Origin: Octopus sinensis
Lineage: Eukaryota
Direction of reading: 5' to 3'
NCBI RefSeq assembly: GCF_006345805.1
Contig: NC_042999.1
Coordinates: forward strand, 82,150,001 to 82,214,000
DNA: 64,000 nt
A program made the position numbers and the translations under genes. Each line of letters begins with the position of its first letter. Position 1 is the first letter of the stretch. The notes under the pieces were generated by a model. The model was not told the DNA's origin. It did not search any database and saw only the letters and a list, made by a program, of their open reading frames with translations. This document shows, piece by piece, positions 54,831 through 64,000 of this stretch.

Positions 54831-55476
54831 AATTCTTATTTTATAAATATGACACAATTTTACTCCTTTTGTATATGTTGATTTCTTTTTTTTTTTAATC
54901 TAAATTCCATCAGTCTGTTTTAGAATGTAATTCCCGGCAACTTTTACAATGTTGTTCCGTCCAACCAATTCACACGAAAATGGTACGACAGGAGCTCCAT
55001 AAAAATACATCATAATGAGATATCTAAAGTAAAACTTCACGCATGTTTCTTCAGGGAAAAATATGCTTTGGTAAAATATTTTGCTGATTTACTTAATTAC
55101 TCTAATTGAATATTTTTTGCATAACATTTTTAATTATCTACTGCATCGCTCATGAATTTAGAATATATTAACCTTTCCTTCCAGGAGCTAAAACATAAAT
55201 TACGAAAGAATTTAAGCTGGCTTATGAACGTATCCTGAATGAATTATACACCTATAAATTTAAGCAAAATTTCAGCTACATACTTTTAAAAGTGTGATTG
55301 GAATAAATAGACATTAACTTATATATGAATTGCAATACACACACACAGCTTGGAACTCTAAGGACGTGTAAAGATCCACAAAAAGCAGAAATCTGCAGGT
55401 ATTGGTGGTCCAAAACAGAGGTGCAATCTATGTGGGTGTCTTTGCAGAAAATTGTCTCGTTTAAAAGCCATATCAG

Positions 55477-56135
55477 ACTAGCTGAGGTACCCGGTAATAA
55501 ATAACTGTTAAGATGTCTGTTTATAGCCATGAAACATTTTTCGTCAAATTTCGACATTTTTCAGAAATTCAAAATCTATGTTAATGGGTAGGACCAATTT
55601 GACGGAAAAATCAGCAGAGTGTGATAAGGGAACCTGTGTCACCGTCATTTTTGTGCATGTGCTTAAAATGGCGAAATTTCAGACTTTGTGGTAGATTTCG
55701 TCAAATTGATGTCACGACAGCTAGTGTGCAAAATGCCTAAATTTTGTTTGAGAAATAAAATGCTCTTACCTAATAAAACCTGAAACGCTATGGAATTAAA
55801 ACAACGAATTGAAATAATATGTTTTAGCAAATCAAAACAATTCGCATTAAAATGTAGATTTTGCAAATGCTAAATAGATTTCAGCTAATAAGTTGTCTGT
55901 TTACAACCATGAAATTGTCAAATTGATGTCAAAATGGCTGGTGAGAAATACCGAAATGTTACGATATTTGAAAAATCGATGATGATTAAAAATCGATTTT
56001 AAAAAAAAATTCCAAGTGCGTAAGTGACCGCATAGGCACAAGCTCCACATAAGTGTCAAGTTTCATCAAGGTCTGTTGGATTGTCCCGGAGGAGTTAAAG
56101 TAACAAATTCACAAACGCAAACTTGCCATCTATTA
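55477..56135 (+). mobile_element. Putative non-autonomous Helitron/Helentron-like element
   Basis: Starts ACTAGCTGAGGTACCCGG, has internal diverged repeats, and ends AAGTTTCATCAAGG...GTAACAAATTCACAAACGCAAACTTGCCATCTATTATT. This resembles Lep1/DINE-type ends as I recall them. Confidence 0.5.
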
Positions 56136-56180
56136 TTATTATTATTATTATTATTATCATTATTATTATTATATTATTAT

Positions 56181-56222
<42 letters not shown>

Positions 56223-56941
56223 CATGCATACACAGATATATACTACACACACACACATATATATATATTTATACTATTAAGGTGGCTTTTCGCAATTTAC
56301 AGCCGAAAAACAAAAAGTATAGTCGTCAGCTCCACCATTGCTAGGAATAAGAGTCAAAACAACTTTTAGCTATATGAGATATATAAAATAAGATATATAC
56401 AGACGCACACTCAAACACCAGAACCGCTATAAAAGGAAACACTATATTTCAAGGGAGGTTTCAATGACGAGAAATAGACACAAGCTCATTTTTAAGATAC
56501 CAAACATCACTTTTACTAGAGTTCTGATCGTGGAAGCTAATGAAAAGTAGTTGCAGCCTACGAAATATTCAATTAATTAATAATAACCCTGAAAAAGATT
56601 TTCAGAATAAGTCTTCCCTCAAAGCACGTTAACAACTTGCACATTAAGAAAGTACATTTGGGCAATATAGACTTAGGTAATCAAAAGACGTGATGGTCAC
56701 TCATGAAACGTCTTTGATTACAGTTCTGTTCAATCAGTGCTGAATCGTGACGGGGGATTTAAAGTGCAACAACTTGATTAATTCGACCTTTAAACGGTGC
56801 AATCGAATCATTTTTTTTACTTTATTCATTTTTGTTCATACACACACACACACACACACACTTTCACTTTCACTCTCTCTCTCGCTTTCCCTCTCTTTCC
56901 TTCTTTTTCTCATTTTATACGTACGCACATATTCATATATG

Positions 56942-56985
<44 letters not shown>

Positions 56986-58317
56986 TAGCTACATGTATGT
57001 GAATATGTGAATGTTTATGTTTTGAGTGTATGTGTGCGTATGTGTGTGTGGTTTTATTTGTTTATTTCGTATTTTGAATGGAAGTATCTGATGAATTGCC
57101 TCTGTCATCATAGAAAACGATTGGTTTCTGTCTCAGTGATATTCAACAACTATAAAAGTATTGATAGTATTCATTGTTGAACGCAAATAAAAGTCGGAAT
57201 GTTTTATGGTTAAAATCAAATATAAATGTCAAAGAGGAATAAATCTAAAAGTTAACACACCATTATTGAAATATTTCTGCACAAACTAAAAATGGCTTCG
57301 TAACGGCCCAATAAACATGGTATCGATCTCTCTATCTCACCTCTTGCAGTCTCATGATTTTCTGTAATTTCGTGTTAACTCGGCGGCGTGTTATTTGTTT
57401 ATTCTTGTCGATTGGGAAAAACACAGATGGCTGAGTTGTTAGCCTTCTCTGATTCATTCAAAGTTGTCGAAGGTTCGTGCTCTACAGCTGACAATGCGTA
57501 GTTTTATTGTTTTTATTGCCGATACGTATTCTTCCTAATAGCTAATCCTATTGATCAGTAAAGTAGTAATACAAAGAAAGCAATAAACAATTATCCTAGA
57601 AATAGAAGTCAAATGTCCATCAAAATCACGCCTCACTGTCTTTTGGGAAATGAAGAACACCTAATAATATACACCTAGGTGCACTGTGGCTGGGGAAAAT
57701 ATGGATAGTCACGCTTGAAATAAGTCTAATTGTAGCTCATGTCGTTCAGAAATCGCCTTGAGGAAGATATCATCGTCATCATAATCATCATCATATAACA
57801 ATAGTAACAGACAATAGCTTACGAGAAAACTAGGTCTGTTGATTGCTGTGTAGCCAAATCTTCACGAAACTTTCTAATGTTTTATTAAACTAAGTTAGGA
57901 ACCTCGGACAATATAGTTTTAGTTGACCCTCAATTGGTGGGAATTCCACAACTGAAGTGTCACTGATAGTCACATCATAAATATGTGATGAGTCAGATCT
58001 ATTCCAATTATGTCACAACTCTAATACTACAGACAATGATTTTGTAGTACTTACTACAGCAGCCGTTGCCTTTAGAATTTGAAACAGCAATCAGATATCA
58101 CTCTTACAAGAACTGTTCTTTAAATAGTATAGATATTTACCAATGTAGATTTTTATATTCAAGAATGCCTTTAATTACAAGGCTGCTTAATGAGAGCCGA
58201 CCAAGGACTAAACAACATCCGATATATAATTCCGGACCTATGTAAGGATCTGATGATTGAACGATCGACTTATGTGAAATAGTAACCTGTTCTCCTCACA
58301 AAGGAGGTAATATTTTA

Positions 58318-58603
58318 GGTTTTCCTTCTCGAGCCATGCCTGGCACAAAAGGGCCGGTTTCCCGGTTTCCTTGGCGTGTAGGTACCCTACCTGGACGGGA
58401 CGCCGGTCCGTCGCAGGTGAGCTGCAAGATGCAGGAGTGAAAGTTGTGGCGAAAGAGTCAGCAGAAATTCGCCATTACCTTCTGCCGGAACTGCGTGGAG
58501 CTTAGGCGTTCCGCTCATAAACACACATCGCTCGGTCTGAGATTTGAACCTGCAATCCCTCAAATGCGAGTCCGCTGCTCTAACCACTAGGCCATGTGCC
58601 TCC
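58318..58603 (-). mobile_element. SINE family D
   Basis: Reverse complement of 20422-20720. Confidence 0.9.
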
Positions 58604-59016
58604 ACAATATTTTATATACCCCTGAATACACTCTTTTAGGTCATGCTGAATAGCTTTTCTTTATGGGCCTTCTCAGAGAGTGTTAATATGATATTCAACA
58701 ATAGCAACAACATTAGACTGCAATAAAGAATGTAATCGCATAACTCTATAGCCACAATCAGTGCCACGTCTCTGTTTTTATTCACTGTAACTGTTTCTAA
58801 CATATTTATCAGAAAAAAACGGTAAATTAATTTAGGATGGAGTTACACTAATTATCAAAGCTCAGAAGAAAAATCGATTACTAGTTTGATTCATATTCAT
58901 ATAATAATCTCCTCTATTAGGCTTTAATACTTGACCATCTATATCTTTTTACTCAACTGTGTTCTGTGCTTTGTATTTTGCTATTTTTCTTCTTAGTCTG
59001 CATGTATACACAGAAC

Positions 59017-59017
<1 letters not shown>

Positions 59018-59088
<71 letters not shown>

Positions 59089-59288
59089 CATGAATCTATG
59101 TATTGTTTTTATCACGAAGTATGCATTGTTATGTGATATCCTTGGTTTTCTTAAATGATATAATTAAGGGAATCTGTAAATGTCCCAGTGATTAACTGAA
59201 CACTGTTGACGTTCTCAGCTTGCAGGATTACATCTTAATCTCATCCCTTTTGGTTTTATTATTATTATTATTGATATTCTTATTCTTA

Positions 59289-59319
<31 letters not shown>

Positions 59320-59403
59320 GTTATTATTACTATTATTATTATTATTATTATTATCATTATTATTATTATTATTATCATTATTATTATTATTATTATCATT
59401 ATT
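59018..59403. repeat. (TG)n at 59018-59087 and (TAT)n at 59255-59403
   Basis: Seen directly. Confidence 0.95.
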
Positions 59404-62400
59404 CAACTTTAGAAGGGATTAAATTGCTTGCTGCATTTTAAGGATGTAGTGGTGTTCAGTAGTTTAGTATTTGCTTAGCAACGAAAATGAAGCAAAGTTA
59501 AACTGCTAATCAAAACCATGTTCCGGTTTGACTTTGCCTGAGCACAATTTCCTCCGCGCCAACCGTTACAATAATGTTACTTTGACAAAAGAGCTGCAGA
59601 TTTATCGCAATCACATAATGTGTGTGTTTGTGTATGAGTGTGAGTGTGTGTGTGTATGTGCGTGCGTGTGTATTTGTGTATGTGTATGTTTCGTTCAATG
59701 ACACAGAGAAAGAATAGTGTTTGTTACACAAGTAAAAAGTCAATGAATAGAATTTGAAACTATAATAAAAACCAGTAAAGCGTAATATTACTACAGTCAA
59801 CGAGAAACGCTTTCTGTGATATCGTTATATATAAACGACTCTCGATACATACTACTGTATTAATTCTGGAAGGTTATATGGCTATCAGCGATTGTCTGAA
59901 ATCTGACATATTAATGAGACACAGAAAATATAAAACGAACATGGTTTGAAGGAGAATGGTCGGGGGTAAGTAATGTGGCAGCAAATTTAATCTGAAACTA
60001 AATATAAAATTGATATAGAGCTTAAAGGTCTTTGCACAGTTAAATTTCTTCCATATTTATTTACTTATTTTGTGTATAGGTTTGTAATTTTCTATAGTAA
60101 TTATTTGAAAAAAGACTCGTATTACAAATCGTGATTTATTTATGTTATTGTGTCAGAATAAATTAAAGAATTAATGGTTCAATACAGAATATGTCAATTC
60201 GAATATAAAAAAATGTAGCGCTGTATGTATTTAATGACAACGATTTTACTCGACAGCAGGCTGTAAGATTTGTTGATAAATTTATTTACGTCGGCATCGC
60301 GTATAATGCAGATTCTTGTTGTAAAAAATATAAAACATTCTCCATCTATCATTATAACTATTCTAGTACGAAACTGAATACGTCGTAGTAACCTGCTAGA
60401 AATAGCAGGAAAATCCCCTTCAAATCACGAAATTAAACTGCACCGCCTTAAAAAAGAAAAGCGAGAACATCGTAGACAATTCAGTCTTGGATATATTTTG
60501 TCAAGAACAGGTTATCAAATTTAAATGTCTTTTGTTCATAGGTCTACTCGTTCAGATTTAGTTTTAAACAAATATAAACACTTCCCTCGGATAGTGTTTT
60601 GGATCACAGATCGACATTCTTATCAGGAAAAACAACATTGTCTTCTGTTTCATAATGATAGAGTTACTGACTGGCATAATCACTCCGCTATTTCGTAGAA
60701 TTGCTGCAGCTTCAACCTATCTTTGCAGCTACTACTACACTCGTCTCTATTATTTGCAGTCGGCTGATTTCGTTTCACTCGTCTCTTCTCCTCTTGTAAC
60801 CTATAGTATTTCTTTGCCTTCACAAGTTCTGGCAAATATCACTAACCACAATTTTTTTTTTCCAAATTAAAAGTCTTCTAAAATTTTCTCGCTGTTCTTG
60901 TTTTCCGCTCCAGTCGTCGACTTCCAGTTGATAGAGAACATAAACCACATCAACCAAATCAGTCTCGATGATTCTAAAATCCATTTGCATAACCCCTTTC
61001 AATTGACGATAAATTAAAAAATATTTTTTTAAATATAAAACAAAAAATAAAACAGTTTTATTAGATCTGATTGCAGGATAAACAGATGAATTAGAAAAAA
61101 AGGTAGTTCTACCGAGATAACTTCTCAGAGACGACAGAAGGATTTCAATATGTATTGAAAACTAGCGCAACATTTGATAATTAGGCAATCACTGTTTTTC
61201 ATTGAGTTGTAAATTTTCACCACATGGGACATATATATGTCAACGAATATAAAATATTTCGCATTGGACACTGTGCACGGCCGTAAAATAGACAATAAGC
61301 ATCGACTTCTTACTTGATACACAGGGAATTATCCAGTCGTTTCGGTCGGCTGCGATTTCCATTACGTAAAGTGAGTTACAGTGAATACTGCAAGTCGGTT
61401 AAATAAGCAATACGTGGCATCTCAAAGCGATTCTAAATTGACGAACCATGAGATGATAGTCCAATACCATATCTACTCGGATATTTCACATTCCCATTAG
61501 TTATATTACAAATAAATTTAATCTAATGTATTGTCTGTATAATTAATCACAGTATATTTGGCGAAACACTTACTTTAAAAGCTATCTCCTGTAAACTGTC
61601 TTATGCACACACATGCTTAGGCTGTCTCTCATATACATGCATTTATGTATGTGTGTGTGTGAGAGAGAATATCTACATACTGGTGGATGTGGGCTTGTTT
61701 ATATATATTTACAAACACGCTGATGTGCCTACATATACAGCGTGTGAGTGTGTATGGTTTGTGTGTGGTGTGTTCGTACGAGTATGCTCATCAAATATCA
61801 GTTCGTTGTTTTCCTCTCGACGTCAATACTATTAAATGCTATTTTCTTTTGTTGTCTTCGCATTTTAAGTGTTGTTTCTGTTGAACATCGTAGAAAACGG
61901 TGCCAATCGAGTTCAGCTTGCTAGTAAGAATTCCTTCATAACTCATTACTAATAGCTTTGGGAAGACAAAGAAAACACAATTCAGCACAAGAATCTCAAA
62001 ATTGTCTTCTCGAATTCATTATATTATTTTTTTATTTCTTCCCTTATTTATTTGTTTAATCATTTATTTATTTTTACCGTCTTGTCACTGAGACTTTTGT
62101 CTTTCTAATATTCTTATGTGTGAATGATTGTTTATACTGATGATTTATCTATGATTAACTATTTTATCTGTGATGCCTTTCGCCTCTGGGGGTTGCCACT
62201 TTACATGATCTTATCATTGTAATATTTTGTATAACAGTTTGTGTTAGTCTCCCCCAACACACCATTTGATTGGCAGCGCTATTTTGTTAAGTCTTTTCTA
62301 AATTTTTCAACTCTTTTATTAATCTCTCGTCTTTTACTTTATATTTATGTATATATTTACTTGTTAATCTCTTAAATTTCTATTCATCAACCCGCCTATA

Positions 62401-64000
62401 TGAGCGTCGATAACATTTTGCTATCCTAATGGCTCTTTACTATTTATTTTTATAATATTACGTAGCTTTAGTCTAAGTTATCATTATTGTTTTTATTATA
62501 ATTATTATTGGTTATCATTATTTTTGTTCCAGCAGTTCTTATTAATTTCTTAATCTTCGTAGACACTACGATCAAACTATATTATTTTTATCAATAATAG
62601 CGTCGAAATTCAAATGCTATTGCTTTGGTTACAAATATTCAGACGTATTTCAGAAGGTAAAATGCACTTAAACTGTTTTAATTGCTAAACTTAACCAACA
62701 TTTTTCAAGAAAATCTCAGAAGGAAAATTCGTGAAATTTTCTTGTTGTAATTTCTTTTCTTAAATGAGGTTATCTTTTCATAGAATGCAATCGAAACCCC
62801 ATTAACAGATGATTATAATGAAGCGAAATTTTTAATTGAAACAGAATCGCTTTTGATTCCTCAGCGCCATTAGTATCACTTCTTTATTCTACGAGATATA
62901 ACGTATTTTTTCTTGTTTTTTTAGTATTTCTTATTTTAAGTTCCTCCTCTCTTCTTCCTTGGTGTTTCTTCTTAATTTCTTCTTGTTCGTTGTTTCTCTT
63001 ATCGTTGTTTTTAATATTTTTTCAGAAATGTGTCTATTTACAGCACAGCAAGAATTGAAAACGGAAGCAGAATCTACAAATTAATGAAGGAAGAAGTGAT
63101 GCACATTTAAACTTTAAGAGAGAGAAGAGGAGGGTGTAATCAAAGATTTTTAACCAGCTTGTTTGATAACGTTTGTGAACGTAAATTACTGAACTGCTCC
63201 GTTGGATATAACGCTTATTTAATTTCGGACTCTTTACTTTCAATTTCAGTGTCAAATGTTTTAGACAAATTCTCTTTATAGCTACAAAAATTTCGACTTT
63301 TTCTCAATTTTCCTCTTGGTTTGGTCGACTTCATCTGCGGTTTCTCATCATCGCTGTTGTGAAAATTTTCAATTTATACACAAATTATTGCAATATTTTA
63401 TTATATTTTTCAATCAGTCTATTTGCTTGATTTCAAATTTGAAAATTTGCTTTAAAAATTAACTGTCTTAAACAATGGCGTGCGTTTTATTAGTTAGTGC
63501 ACGTGCCATACCTGGCCCTTCAAGACCGGTAAGATTAATACTATTATCATATAGCTAAAAGTTTTGTAAATCGATAATTGTGTGAAAGAATTGTATAGGA
63601 AAGGAATTCCTAGAGATTTTCAATCTAAAGTGGGTGGGATTTGGCGTAATATTGAGAACAGATATTAATGACACTCGTGTTACATGGGAGTAGGATAGAG
63701 GAAAAAAGGTGACATCTCGAGTTGAGGTAGCAACTCCGAGGAGCAGAGGTCAGTGCAGCAACGAGAGAAAAAGTAAAGAGTGAAGAGAGGTGTCGTAACA
63801 GTCTATGGTATGGCTATGAGTTACTTCAAGCCAATCAGTATTGTGGTTCGGTTTACAATTTTCACGTCCGTGTAGTGTTAGCACTGTCCTAGTTGTTGTA
63901 TTAGTAACCTGTTGTAGAACTTTCTTCATCTTTGAGAGTATCACACTAATTGTTATGGGAGGAAATATTTCTTAGCCTCAAATATAGTCTCTAAATCTAA

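Noticed and set aside
58055-58069. 15-nt minus-strand microexon candidate (also a 7-nt one near 20957 and a 3-nt one near 39020)
   Set aside because: Expected at random given donor hexamer frequency in AT-rich DNA; no supporting gene context.
59925-59971. 41-nt exon candidate NIKRTWFEGEWSG with a GTAAGT donor (calpain-like flavour)
   Set aside because: The acceptor lacks a pyrimidine tract, the peptide is too short to assign, and GTAAGT is frequent by chance.

Overview
AT-rich, microsatellite-saturated eukaryotic DNA. The tRNA-headed SINE families and repeat landscape point to an octopus genome; this is inferred from pattern recognition, not from a database search. I cannot support any complete protein-coding gene, and the window looks intronic or intergenic. 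Most ORFs in the supplied track are microsatellite or SINE artefacts. The remaining protein-like ORFs are retroelement fragments: Penelope-like GIY-YIG and RT, R4/Dong RLE, RTE APE and RT, and Tx1. The strongest signal missed by the ORF track is a dense, diverse set of minimal type I hammerhead ribozyme (HHR) motifs belonging to Penelope-like element (PLE) pseudo-LTRs. There are about a dozen intact or decayed motifs from at least 7 unrelated sequence families, and four loci occur as inverted pairs. The best single candidate is a very young, apparently non-coding HHR repeat at 1446-2656. It has a 545-nt cleavage-site-to-cleavage-site monomer plus an inverted arm, the architecture expected of a retrozyme-like circRNA/dsRNA-producing element. 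Also present are a nest of R4/Dong retrotransposons in one (TAA)n array, several MITE/fold-back elements, a Helitron-like element and a few weak isolated exon candidates.
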